IMG/VR virus record: IMGVR_UViG_3300049001_000044
Span: 1 to 64,000 of that record
Length of the DNA: 64,000 nucleotides
Reading direction: 5' to 3' (one strand)
The position numbers and the translations under genes were made by a program. The notes below the pieces were generated by a model that made no database searches, was not told the origin of the DNA, and saw only the letters and a program-made list of their open reading frames with translations. Positions 18,368 through 27,722 of the stretch are shown in pieces. Position 1 is the stretch's first letter, and each line of letters begins with the position of its first letter.

Positions 18368-20244
18368 TAGATTGAGAAACTAGGATTGGAGAAAGAGAAG
18401 AGAGCCAGAAGCAGTAGAGCGGTGTCTGCAGGATTCTTGACTTCATGGCAGACGATACGAGGGTTCTGTTTTGCCAGCTCTGCGACTGGTGCATCGTTGC
18501 CACTCTTGAGTTCATCACCAATATACACCACTTTGGCAATTGGCGAAACTCGCTTCAGCACTTCCATCACTGCTACATCTTTGCTGACTTCCTTCTTGTT
18601 GATCTCAATCGTGGTGCGACCAGTAGCTTTCACTTCAAAGGCAGAACCGCAAACATGCTTGACGAGGTTGGTGATAGCAAGCCGATATTCCGGATCGATC
18701 GGCTTGATCGACACCATCACATCTCCGCGGTTTTCGAACTTTGCGGCGGGGATGCCAGCAGCGCACAGACTCGTGGTAACGTTCTCGATTGAGTACGGGC
18801 CTTTTGAATCGAAGCGCGCTGCTTCGTCAAGGCATCGGACAAAGTGGAAGCGGCGCTGGTCTTCAGCAGCAGTGCCGAGAGGGTCGTACGAGTATTCATT
18901 AATGCCTCCATCTGCAAATACAGTGATTGGTAAAGTATCTTCGCCCGTCAGCCAGCTATCAACTTGTGGAAGATGAATAGCCTTGATGGTGTTGCCGGTG
19001 CAAATCATGAATTTCTTGTTCTTCAGACCGTGCGCGATCCTCGATACATTGAAGTTCGACGCGTCCTTGAACGTGTTGCCACGACCAACGAGAGTATCGT
19101 CGTAATCGAAAACGTACGCTTCAGCGTCGAGGACGTCCTTGTAGATCGTCTTCAGCACTGCTGCTGCGAGGTTCTCGGGGATGTGCTTGCTGTCCAGCTT
19201 CTCGCCCGTCAGAGGAGTGCGACCCAGACGGAAGTAGTTGACGGACTGCAGCAGCGGTTCCGCTTTCTCATCGATCGTCTTCATCATGTCGTGACCAGTG
19301 TAGTCCACGATTACGTTGACACGCTTCTCTGGGAAGTATTTTGGAACGATAGTTTGAACAATGTCGCTTGCGGTTTGGTTTGGTGCGTCCTTGTCTGGAA
19401 CTCGATTCATCACCATCAGCACCTTCGCCTTCGATGCTTCGATTGCTTCACGGAAACCAACCGATGCGTAGGTAGGAATGAGCGAAGACCATTGAGTACC
19501 GCTCGACATGATCACCACATCAGCTTCTTCGATTGCCTTCTTGCTTTCTTGGTTGAGATGAGGAACTGCTTCTACACCGTTGGCATCGACGAAGAAGACA
19601 TCGATGATTGGATCATCTGGGTTGTTCCAGGAAACGATGTCGCCTTCGTCTGTGATGCGCTTACCACTCTTCGTGATCGCACCCAGGAACAGAGACTTGT
19701 CATCGTTCACCAGCACGTTGTCAGGGATGCCAAGGAAGTCTGCCATCACCGACGCTGCAATACGTAGTGAGTTATTGTACTTTGCAGCAAGCCCAGCGTA
19801 AACGACGTTCGCAATGCTGAAGTCATCGTAGTCGATCAATTGGGAGCCAGGAGAAGCGAAGAAGAAGTTGATGCCGTCTTGGATGATGTCCATGCGACGG
19901 TCGGCTCGAGGAGAGCAAACCTTCCACATCTCATTCATCTTTTCCCAGCAGTATTGACGGGCTTTGTTGGCCTCAACAGTGAAGCGGTGATCGAGGAAGT
20001 TGTTGATGCAACTCTCTGCTCCACCCGCCAGCTTGTAGAGAGTGGTTTGGTTTTTGCGGACGTCGGATGGACCGAGGATTTTTCCACCCAGCGCTTTGCG
20101 AACGGCACCAGTCGAGAGACCATTGTCGTATGCGTTGACGATGACCTTCACGTCCACACCGCGAAATTCCTTGGTGATCAGAGTGTTGAGGCCGGTTTGC
20201 AGTGCGATAGAGCCGGTGCCACCGGCCAGAATAACGATGTTCAT
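18367..20244 (-). CDS. YvcK/CofD-like domain fused to a HAD IIB (Cof/PMM-type) domain
   Basis: N-terminal VILAGGTGS, IVNAYDNGLSTG, PSDVRK; C-terminal FDYDDTL, TGRTTIEI..SK, YIGD...ND. Confidence 0.85.
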   Translation of the reverse strand: MNIVILAGGTGSIALQTGLNTLITKEFRGVDVKVIVNAYDNGLSTGAVRKALGGKILGPSDVRKNQTTLYKLAGGAESCINNFLDHRFTVEANKARQYCWEKMNEMWKVCSPRADRRMDIIQDGINFFFASPGSQLIDYDDFSIANVVYAGLAAKYNNSLRIAASVMADFLGIPDNVLVNDDKSLFLGAITKSGKRITDEGDIVSWNNPDDPIIDVFFVDANGVEAVPHLNQESKKAIEEADVVIMSSGTQWSSLIPTYASVGFREAIEASKAKVLMVMNRVPDKDAPNQTASDIVQTIVPKYFPEKRVNVIVDYTGHDMMKTIDEKAEPLLQSVNYFRLGRTPLTGEKLDSKHIPENLAAAVLKTIYKDVLDAEAYVFDYDDTLVGRGNTFKDASNFNVSRIAHGLKNKKFMICTGNTIKAIHLPQVDSWLTGEDTLPITVFADGGINEYSYDPLGTAAEDQRRFHFVRCLDEAARFDSKGPYSIENVTTSLCAAGIPAAKFENRGDVMVSIKPIDPEYRLAITNLVKHVCGSAFEVKATGRTTIEINKKEVSKDVAVMEVLKRVSPIAKVVYIGDELKSGNDAPVAELAKQNPRIVCHEVKNPADTALLLLALFSFSNPSFSI

Positions 20245-20312
20245 GTTTGCTCCTTTAAAGTGGTTGGCCCATCAGCTTAGCTTCCGGGCCCGTGCACTTA
20301 TTTACGCCAAGT

Positions 20313-20927
20313 TCAATCTGCTTTTTTCTGATCGAAGTCGAATTCAGTCGCCACGAAGTTGAAGTAGGCACACAGCTCGCAGCTTACTGGATCAGCAAGG
20401 TTCTTACCCGCGTTGACGCGAACTTGGGCGCCTTGCAGAGTGTTGAGGACTGCTGCGGCAACTGGGTTCTCACTGATGAGATCGGTGATTTGACCAACAC
20501 GGTGAGGGAAGTACGCGTCGAATTCCAGCTCGTGCTTCGATCCAAACGCAGCGTAATCCAGCTTGGCGTGCCCAAAGGACAGCAGTTTGGTACCTTGCAG
20601 ATAGGTAGTGCGAAGGATGGTGTCCGCTCCATCCAAGATGTCGATCGCAACGATGAACGACTCCATCTCCTGCAGTTTAAGCAGACCTTTGAAGGCCACG
20701 TTGGTGACATCATCTTGGAAGTCGATGATAGTGCTATTCAACATGCCCATGTCCACCCTACGTTGTTCAAGTCCATCAACGCGGATGGCCTGTGCGGACA
20801 GTTGATCGCTCACGTCCAGCTTCTGCTTCTCCTCGTTGAGGAAGCGAACACGAAAACGATTCTTCAGATTGGGAGCACGAATGCCAACACCACCTATTCC
20901 TGGGATTGGATTACCGATTGACGCCAT
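20313..20927 (-). CDS. Tail-tube (gp19)-like protein, tentative
   Basis: LKNRFRVRF...QAIRVD...TIIDFQDD...LQG..L..F...LDY pattern resembles tube-like proteins of large myoviruses; start uncertain. Confidence 0.5.
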   Translation of the reverse strand: MASIGNPIPGIGGVGIRAPNLKNRFRVRFLNEEKQKLDVSDQLSAQAIRVDGLEQRRVDMGMLNSTIIDFQDDVTNVAFKGLLKLQEMESFIVAIDILDGADTILRTTYLQGTKLLSFGHAKLDYAAFGSKHELEFDAYFPHRVGQITDLISENPVAAAVLNTLQGAQVRVNAGKNLADPVSCELCAYFNFVATEFDFDQKKAD

Positions 20928-22050
20928 AGTTGACAGTGTCCTTGATGAGGTTAACAAATTGCGAGCAGTAAGTGTTGGCATCGAAGTTAATGGCCTTCAG
21001 CTGCGCAGAGAGAATTTCGTTGCGTAGGTTTGGATCAGTCTTCAAGAGCATGATCTTCTCGCTGACTTCTTTCCGCTCGCCCACGTACAGGAAGTCAGCG
21101 AGTTCTTTGTCCACGCCATACACGCGGCGTAGCTGGTCCAGATCCTTATCGATGAAGGTGACGACGTTCGACCAAATCGACTCATACGCTCGTTGGGCCA
21201 TGTCGTTGATTTGCTCGTAGTAGGGGTCACCAATCACGATGTGAGCCATTGCCTTGTTCATCTTTGGCAGCATCTCATCGTACTTGATGGGGCCTGTGAA
21301 GGTTGGAGTACGAGTCACGCCAAGCAAATGCTTCTCTTCGAAGTCTTCCAACTTGATCTTGCCGAACATCTCCACCGAGATTTCTTCTGGATGGTTGAAG
21401 TAGAACTTCACCATCTTCTTCGAGCGCTTGCCACCACGCATGGTTCCACCATACGAGAGATCGACTTCAGGGGTCGGATTGATGGGCAGCTGTTCATTAA
21501 GGCAGGGGAACTGCTCGAACGGGAAGTGGATCGCAGTCGATGGGGTGACTTCGTTCTTGCTCAGTTTCTCCAGCACCTTGTTCACGTCGTAGGGCTGGCT
21601 GAGATAGATGATGTCGTTACGGGTAATGTTCAAATCTTTCTCTGACCAATTACCAGCCCATGGCTTCCTACTTACTGACGGCCACACTTGCTTGAGAGTC
21701 AGGGATGGATCACAGTAGACGTAGAAGACTGGTCCTTTGAACTCGTTGATGATGACATAGTTCAGGAGCTGCTCAGGGTCTTCTGCTCCACCGAAGAAGT
21801 TGACGTTGCCGTTCAGCACAATAAGGGCCTGAGCACGAAGACCATCTGCGAGAGTAGCCGGATCGCTAAGATCGAACCACTCGTATTCAGGGAGTAGGTT
21901 ATCCTTCTTCAGGATTTTGGTGTAGATTTGGACTTTCGCTCCACCGCCCTGCAGCATTTTGATGATGCTTCGCGCTTCACCATTGCCGCCTGACGTATCG
22001 TTCGCATTGAACGAGATGCGCGAGCCCAGTTTAATTACTGCTACCTGCAT
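20911..22050 (-). CDS. bgt: T4 DNA beta-glucosyltransferase-like glycosyltransferase
   Basis: LIVLNGNVNFFGG, QVWPSVSRKPW, YGGTMRGGKRSKKM, PTFTG and IVIGD match remembered T4 BGT motifs (NFFGG, WPNVKNRPW, YGGSFRSGQR). Confidence 0.85.
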   Translation of the reverse strand: MQVAVIKLGSRISFNANDTSGGNGEARSIIKMLQGGGAKVQIYTKILKKDNLLPEYEWFDLSDPATLADGLRAQALIVLNGNVNFFGGAEDPEQLLNYVIINEFKGPVFYVYCDPSLTLKQVWPSVSRKPWAGNWSEKDLNITRNDIIYLSQPYDVNKVLEKLSKNEVTPSTAIHFPFEQFPCLNEQLPINPTPEVDLSYGGTMRGGKRSKKMVKFYFNHPEEISVEMFGKIKLEDFEEKHLLGVTRTPTFTGPIKYDEMLPKMNKAMAHIVIGDPYYEQINDMAQRAYESIWSNVVTFIDKDLDQLRRVYGVDKELADFLYVGERKEVSEKIMLLKTDPNLRNEILSAQLKAINFDANTYCSQFVNLIKDTVNYGVNR

Positions 22051-22258
22051 AGTTGTTCCTTATGATGAGGGTGAGCATCAGGATGATCGTCACCAAGTGA
22101 AGGAATGGAACACTTAGCAAGATGATCAAACTGATCATGATTGGGTTTTTGAAGTTGTACCCGAATTTTGGGTGATGAGGTCCGCGTAAGTCCTCCTTAA
22201 CGGCCAACATTGTCAGGCCAAGAAAGATTGTACCACAAATGAAGAGATAAGCAACCAT
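22031..22258 (-). CDS. Small membrane protein
   Basis: Two hydrophobic helices. Confidence 0.7.
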   Translation of the reverse strand: MVAYLFICGTIFLGLTMLAVKEDLRGPHHPKFGYNFKNPIMISLIILLSVPFLHLVTIILMLTLIIRNNYAGSSN

Positions 22259-22263
22259 AAATA
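22256..22263 (+). promoter_or_regulatory. T4-type late promoter-like CATAAATA
   Basis: TAAATA core 26 nt upstream of the 22289 gene; same core at 32483, 49566 (+) and 32446, 56979, 60712, 62807 (-). Confidence 0.55.
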
Positions 22264-22288
22264 TGGGATCAATATCCTGGAGATCATC

Positions 22289-22675
22289 ATGAAACTTTCC
22301 GAACTACTTGAATCAGACGACGATAACCTGCGCAAATTCCACAAGAGCCTAGGTGACGAGATCAGAGCAGGGGCCGCAGCCAGAAAGGCGACGCACGATG
22401 CGATGTTCAAAGACCACAAATGGAGATACGACGAAGGCGACATGATCATGTCGAACAAGACGGGTAAGGTCTACAAAATCACAGCACGGATTTCGCAATA
22501 CTATACGCCTAGGGACGAGAAGTTTAAACCCACCGGTCCCAAGCAGCTTGTTCCTGCCTACCGCTACAAAGCTGGTGAAGAGGAAGGCACGCTGCTTGAG
22601 CCAAAAATTACCGATGGGATGTTCACCCTTATGACTAAGGGTAAGAACGTCAAGACATCTCCTGACGAGGATTAA
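22289..22675 (+). CDS. Hypothetical protein with capsid-targeting-like N-terminus (MKLSELLES)
   Basis: Late promoter, RBS GGAG, L-x-E site. Confidence 0.8.
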   Translation: MKLSELLESDDDNLRKFHKSLGDEIRAGAAARKATHDAMFKDHKWRYDEGDMIMSNKTGKVYKITARISQYYTPRDEKFKPTGPKQLVPAYRYKAGEEEGTLLEPKITDGMFTLMTKGKNVKTSPDED

Positions 22676-23247
22676 TCCGCTGTTGCCTCCGCGAGGATGT
22701 CTTCTTTCGAACGGAAGCTGCCGTCCTCAGCAGTGACGCAGATGATCTTCTTGTCGGGGAATGCGGAGCGGTTGAATGCATCGATGAAGAGCAGTTGTTC
22801 TTGAGCTCGCTTCTCAACACTGCCCAGGCTCAGGCCATCATCGACGAAGTGCTTGCTCTTGGAGAAATCTTCGACTAGGAGAATCAGGCGGGTGTCGATG
22901 TCTTCTTCCACCCCATAGATTTCTTCAAGACCGAAGACATAGCTGCCGTCATAGCCGCGGTACATGGGAGCGTACACGCATTCACCAAGGTGAGCGCGAT
23001 CAAAGATTAATGGGGTCTCCATCCCAGCACCAAGCAGTTCGAACATGGCGACAAAGCCATCATACTGGTACAGGAATTCTGGTGACTGCTCCAGGCCGTC
23101 TTCTTCCTTGATTTGCACATAGGAATCCAAACGCTTTGGCTTGGAGTAGTGGATGACGGTGTGGAAACCTTCCTTGTGTTGGATGCCCTCGATGAGGGAG
23201 GACTTGCCAAGGCGATCAAGTCCTTCGATGATGTAGTTAAATGGCAT
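22672..23247 (-). CDS. dNMP (thymidylate-type) kinase
   Basis: IIEGLDRLGKSS P-loop; IFDRAHLGECVY. Confidence 0.88.
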   Translation of the reverse strand: MPFNYIIEGLDRLGKSSLIEGIQHKEGFHTVIHYSKPKRLDSYVQIKEEDGLEQSPEFLYQYDGFVAMFELLGAGMETPLIFDRAHLGECVYAPMYRGYDGSYVFGLEEIYGVEEDIDTRLILLVEDFSKSKHFVDDGLSLGSVEKRAQEQLLFIDAFNRSAFPDKKIICVTAEDGSFRSKEDILAEATAD

Positions 23248-23288
23248 ATGAGTATTATATACGGGCGAGACGTAAAAGTAATCTCAAA

Positions 23289-23774
23289 TCAGTCAAAGCT
23301 GTCTTTGACACCGAAGATGCTCTTTGACAGCTCAGATGGCTCAGGGGTATCCTTGTTAAGGAATGTCCACCTTGTCGCTGTTCCATAGGGGTGCGTCAGC
23401 TGGCCACGGTAGTGTTCACCATATTTTGACAGCATTGCCTTCGCAATGCGCTTGTAGAGCTTGACACGAGACGGCTCCTGGTTAACCGCAAGGAACGTGA
23501 ACGATGGCCAATCACCTTTAGCAGTGACTAGATGATTGATGATAGCGACGACAGTAGAGAACACTTCGATTGAATCACCAGTACCAAGAATCTCTTCGCT
23601 CTTACCACCCCAACCTTGGGCAAATCGAATATCAAAGGGGTCTCTCTTCGAGTCACGATCGGCCTTGAACCGATACTGTTTTCCATTGATTTCGAAATTA
23701 GCAGCAAATTCGAAATCCGAATAGTAGCTAACGTCAAAGTGGGAAGGCTTGTCAAAAATTTCGTCTATTCGCAT
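23289..23774 (-). CDS. Hypothetical protein (EPSRVKLY family)
   Basis: Paralog of the partial ORF at 3..188. Confidence 0.8.
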   Translation of the reverse strand: MRIDEIFDKPSHFDVSYYSDFEFAANFEINGKQYRFKADRDSKRDPFDIRFAQGWGGKSEEILGTGDSIEVFSTVVAIINHLVTAKGDWPSFTFLAVNQEPSRVKLYKRIAKAMLSKYGEHYRGQLTHPYGTATRWTFLNKDTPEPSELSKSIFGVKDSFD

Positions 23775-23792
23775 GTTTAAAAAGTACCTTGC

Positions 23793-24041
23793 TTAAAAAT
23801 CCTGCTCCATCCAATCGAAAGCATCCATTGGGATAATCGCTGGGTGGTCAGTGGGTGGCTCACGTAGCGCTCGGCTTTTCGCCTGAATTTCTGCGAGCTT
23901 AGACCGCGTTGCGGTCGATGGAGTATGACACTCGACGTGCTCGACAACCCATGCGTTGCCCACCTTCTCGCACACTCCTTCGTAGGCTGGCACTGTCACG
24001 TTACACTTCGCGCACTGCTTTGCGTACTTATTCTGCATCAT
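23793..24041 (-). CDS. Hypothetical zinc-binding protein
   Basis: NKYAKQCAKC...WVVEHVEC; RBS AAGGAG. Confidence 0.75.
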   Translation of the reverse strand: MMQNKYAKQCAKCNVTVPAYEGVCEKVGNAWVVEHVECHTPSTATRSKLAEIQAKSRALREPPTDHPAIIPMDAFDWMEQDF

Positions 24042-24047
24042 CTCTCC

Positions 24048-24392
24048 TTAAAATGGAATGTCATTGTCGATCAAATCAGAGATGTCCACTCCATTATCCA
24101 CACATCTCTTTTCTAACTTCTCCACCCTACTCTCCAAACTTTCAATCACGTTGTGAAGGTGGTGCCGGTAGTTCTTGCCATCGTCTGCCGGATTGAAGAC
24201 CTTCTCCCAGAGATTGGCGCGATCATAGAAGATCTTTGCGAACTTCGAATCATTAGTGATGAGGTCAGCGGCGTGGCGAAGATCATAGGCGCATCTCCTG
24301 CCCGCCTTTACTAACAGTTCGACCTGTTCTCTCTGCGCCGCCTCAGGTGAGTAGTCCTCCGGCTTAAAAACTCTGTTGACGTACCAGTTCAT
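24048..24392 (-). CDS. Hypothetical protein
   Basis: Overlap-coupled; ends DIPF. Confidence 0.75.
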   Translation of the reverse strand: MNWYVNRVFKPEDYSPEAAQREQVELLVKAGRRCAYDLRHAADLITNDSKFAKIFYDRANLWEKVFNPADDGKNYRHHLHNVIESLESRVEKLEKRCVDNGVDISDLIDNDIPF

Positions 24393-24820
24393 TTCACCAG
24401 CAGTTGCAGTTGGTTGCTATACTTCTTCACACGATAGGCGGAGTCGGCCATAATCGATTCGGTCAAGTTACAGAGGGTGTCATGGATCTTCACCTCCTTT
24501 GAGTAGTGATACTCCTTGACACGGTAGATGTAGGCGTCGTAGGCTTCGCCTTCCACCTTTGTCAGAGCCACCACAAACTTCGTGATGTCCTTACCCACTG
24601 CCGCCTTCAGTTCTTCTTCGGTCAGATCGGTGTCTTCCAAGATGTCATGAAGGATTGCGACAGCGAGGAGGGCTCGGTTGCCATCACCCCACTTTCGACG
24701 AATGGAATCAACCACTGCGCTGAGGTGGTACATGTAGGGATGGTCGCCATACATCTGGCCGGCGTGCCACTTCTCTGCTAGCGCATAGGCGATGTCAAAT
24801 ACATCACGAGGTTTGGACAT
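24389..24820 (-). CDS. Small HD-domain hydrolase (Mesh1/SpoT-hydrolase-like)
   Basis: AYALAEKWHAGQ..PYMYHL..V; AILHDILEDT; VKIHDTLCN. Confidence 0.88.
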   Translation of the reverse strand: MSKPRDVFDIAYALAEKWHAGQMYGDHPYMYHLSAVVDSIRRKWGDGNRALLAVAILHDILEDTDLTEEELKAAVGKDITKFVVALTKVEGEAYDAYIYRVKEYHYSKEVKIHDTLCNLTESIMADSAYRVKKYSNQLQLLVK

Positions 24821-24836
24821 GGTATGACTCCTTAGG

Positions 24837-26573
24837 TTAGAGGAACTTGGTGAAGCGCAGATTGAACTCGTCTTTCCAAATGTTGGTGTTGGAGTTGAAG
24901 ATGCGTTGAGCATTCAAATCCAGCACGTAGGTGGTGGCGAAGTCTTCAGCCGATCGGACACTTCGCCCAGCGCCCTGAACCATCTTCATACAGGTGATGG
25001 TGTTGTACAGGTCTGGGTGGTGATCGAGGATGAACTTCATTCGCTTATCGCCAAGCGATGGGAACGGAGCCTTCACCAGAATTTGGAAGCGGGACAGATC
25101 ACCTGGTAAGTCGACACCTTCAAACATGGCCGGTGAAATCAGAACAGCAGGGCCGCCAGTGTAGGCCTTGAACGCAGTCAGAACGTGCTCCAGCTTCTCA
25201 CCTTGGCGATGGTCGAAGAGACGCATCTTACCAGCCTTGACGAGTGGTTCCAGCTCCTGTACGATTTCTTCCGTCAATTTGAAGGAAGGAGTCAAGATGA
25301 TGCCACGCTCACCGTCTTGGATGTGGTGCTTGACGATCTTGGCCGCATTCTTGCGCAGCTTGGCGACGGTTGCTGGGTCCTTCAATGAGGTGAAGTTCAA
25401 AGAGAGCGGATCGAAGAAGACCACTTCCTTGTTCTCTTTCGGGAAGGTAGGATCCAACTTGATGAACTTGGTCCGCTTAGGATCCAGATTCATAGTCTTG
25501 GTGATGAAGGCTTCGGAGATGGTTGCGGACATGAACAGATTGTGGGCTGCGCATTCCAACGCTTCCATCATAGTACCCACGAAGACAGGCTTCACAGTCA
25601 CCGCCTTGTCCTCTTCCTTGTACTCAAAGACGTGAGCATAGCCGTACTTCTCGAAGTCATCGATCTTGCAACCCAAGCCTTCGTACTTCTTCGTGAAGCG
25701 GGACAGCTTGGTGAACTGACCATGATTGCCACTGCGCAGAGCTTTCTCCTGCATCACAGAGCCGCGGGTCTTGGCGTAGGTGTAGACCGAATGCAACGCT
25801 TTCAGGTACGCCTGGTAGTTGGTGTCGTTGATCTTGCCCTTCACACCAACATCAGTCGACAGCTGCTTCAACGTCTTGATAATGGACATGTCGGTGATTT
25901 GGACCATGTCAGCAATCTCTTGCGCCATCTTCTGGATTCCCTTTTGGGAGAAGTGGATGGCGTTGTGCTCGCTAAACAGATCATTGACGAGGTGTGCTTC
26001 GTCCCACACGATCAGATCACGGTCTTCAAACTTGCCCGTGTACATGCGATCGATGAAGTAGTAGGAGTAGTTCGTCGCGAGGTGACGAGCCGCGTTGCGC
26101 TTATCCTTGATGTGCTTGTACTCGCACTTGGCGCACTCGCTATCCAGAATGGATTGGAACTCGGATGCGTGCTGGACCATGGTGTACCAGGCACAGGCAT
26201 CGGCAGTCTCGGTCTGTTCTTCAGTGCTAAGAGCGGAACACTCGTAGTTGTTCGCACCCTTGATCATGATGAAGTCGTTCTTCAACCCACCGAAAGTTCC
26301 CTCATACTGCTTGGCGAGGACGTTCGTTGCAGTGAGGGAGATGCTGGACTTGGACTGCTCCAGATTGTTCTTCAGGGCAGATAGGGTGTCTGCTGTGACC
26401 GCACCGATGATCGACTTACCAGTACCAGTCGATGCGTTCAAGATGACATTCACCATCTTTTCGTCGATGAAAGCAACCAACACTTCGTTCACTGCTTCGA
26501 CTTGGCCAGCGCGAGGAGTGAATTTCAATCGCTCGAATGCCGCCAAAATTTGCTTTTCGTATTTCATTGCCAC
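24837..26573 (-). CDS. DinG/YoaA-like SF2 helicase
   Basis: ASTGTGKS, DEAH, FEGVDLPGDLSRFQILVKAPFP, QGAGRSVRS. Confidence 0.92.
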   Translation of the reverse strand: MAMKYEKQILAAFERLKFTPRAGQVEAVNEVLVAFIDEKMVNVILNASTGTGKSIIGAVTADTLSALKNNLEQSKSSISLTATNVLAKQYEGTFGGLKNDFIMIKGANNYECSALSTEEQTETADACAWYTMVQHASEFQSILDSECAKCEYKHIKDKRNAARHLATNYSYYFIDRMYTGKFEDRDLIVWDEAHLVNDLFSEHNAIHFSQKGIQKMAQEIADMVQITDMSIIKTLKQLSTDVGVKGKINDTNYQAYLKALHSVYTYAKTRGSVMQEKALRSGNHGQFTKLSRFTKKYEGLGCKIDDFEKYGYAHVFEYKEEDKAVTVKPVFVGTMMEALECAAHNLFMSATISEAFITKTMNLDPKRTKFIKLDPTFPKENKEVVFFDPLSLNFTSLKDPATVAKLRKNAAKIVKHHIQDGERGIILTPSFKLTEEIVQELEPLVKAGKMRLFDHRQGEKLEHVLTAFKAYTGGPAVLISPAMFEGVDLPGDLSRFQILVKAPFPSLGDKRMKFILDHHPDLYNTITCMKMVQGAGRSVRSAEDFATTYVLDLNAQRIFNSNTNIWKDEFNLRFTKFL

Positions 26574-27205
26574 CTTAGGAAGTATGCGTCAACGTCTTCG
26601 AGATGGTCATGCATCTCTTTGGCCTTTCGCTCGGCCTCTGCTGAAGTTTCAGCGATGACTTCGATCTCTTGGCTGAAGAGGGCAGCTAAGAATTCTTCTT
26701 CGCTCACGTCAATCAACTCTTCAACACCCCTAGACCAGCCATCGACTTTGACGATTGCAGTGCGTTCGATTTTAGGGAGGGTTTGTAAGTCTATTGTACT
26801 ACCAAAGTGCTTCGCAACAAAACTGCGCATCGCCGCTTCAGGACCTGTGTTACCATCGCACTCATGCAGAACATCGTCCCCATCATCGTCAGGGTAGTAG
26901 GCCCACGAATAGGGTTCTTCGCCATTCGACTTGTCGCTGTACATGACACAGATCCGTTCCTTCTCGATGATAGGTCCAGCAAGTTCCCAATCCTTGGTAG
27001 GTTGGTAAAAGCGGAACATGCAGCTATGATCAGATGGGAAGACGTTCGCTGGACCTTCAGGGGAGAAGGGCAAGCGCTGAGCGACGAACTCTTGCCCATC
27101 CCTACTCTTGTAAATCTCCACCTCAACGCCCTCCAGCTTTGCAACCAGAAGATCGATGTTTTGGTTTGTGAGTCGCTGAGTTTGCGCTTTCAATTCGGCT
27201 CCCAT
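26564..27205 (-). CDS. Phage protein with NinX/DUF2591 (ABA-sandwich)-like domain
   Basis: YQPTKDWELAGPIIEKERI...GNTGPEAAMRSFVA. Confidence 0.75.
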   Translation of the reverse strand: MGAELKAQTQRLTNQNIDLLVAKLEGVEVEIYKSRDGQEFVAQRLPFSPEGPANVFPSDHSCMFRFYQPTKDWELAGPIIEKERICVMYSDKSNGEEPYSWAYYPDDDGDDVLHECDGNTGPEAAMRSFVAKHFGSTIDLQTLPKIERTAIVKVDGWSRGVEELIDVSEEEFLAALFSQEIEVIAETSAEAERKAKEMHDHLEDVDAYFLRWQ

Positions 27206-27402
27206 CCTCTTTCGTCGTAGTCGTAGGTCACTAGCTTCGAGTGACGTGTTAGTCGCCAATCATAAGTAAGCAACATTTGGACGGCCTCTTCTACATCTCC
27301 CTTGCTGATGTAGAGGGCCTTCTTGCATTCCATCATGGGAGCATCGGTCCTTTCGCGGACTTGCTTCACCACTTCTGGTGTTACGAAAGGACCCTTCTCC
27401 AT
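27190..27402 (-). CDS. Stand-alone EF-Ts N-terminal (UBA-like) domain protein
   Basis: VKQVRERTDAPMMECKKALYISKGDVEEAVQML versus EF-Ts VKELRERTGAGMMDCKKAL...GD.E.A. Confidence 0.85.
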   Translation of the reverse strand: MEKGPFVTPEVVKQVRERTDAPMMECKKALYISKGDVEEAVQMLLTYDWRLTRHSKLVTYDYDERGWEPN

Positions 27403-27602
27403 TAGACGAGTTCCTCGACGACGTTCAGGTACTGCATGATCTGTTCGTAGCCCGCTTCTGGGTCTTCCAGATTGTCGAGCACGTGAATGACATCGTCAGT
27501 GACGACATTGAGATAGCCCTTGTTATCGATGTAGACTTGGGTGATCGCATCGATGCGAACAAGTTGGGTAGGGCCGAGCTTGATGAAGTCTGGTTGTTCC
27601 AT
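27402..27602 (-). CDS. Hypothetical protein
   Basis: Start reassigned to MEQPDF. Confidence 0.7.
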   Translation of the reverse strand: MEQPDFIKLGPTQLVRIDAITQVYIDNKGYLNVVTDDVIHVLDNLEDPEAGYEQIMQYLNVVEELV

Positions 27603-27722
27603 TTTATGCCTTTGATTTGGGAATGTAGTAGATGACGAAGCCATGAGGATGAACGCATTTGCGAAAGTCGTCCAGGTTCGCTGGCTCTTTTCGTAGTTCT
27701 TCTGCAGGAGGAATCTTGATGT

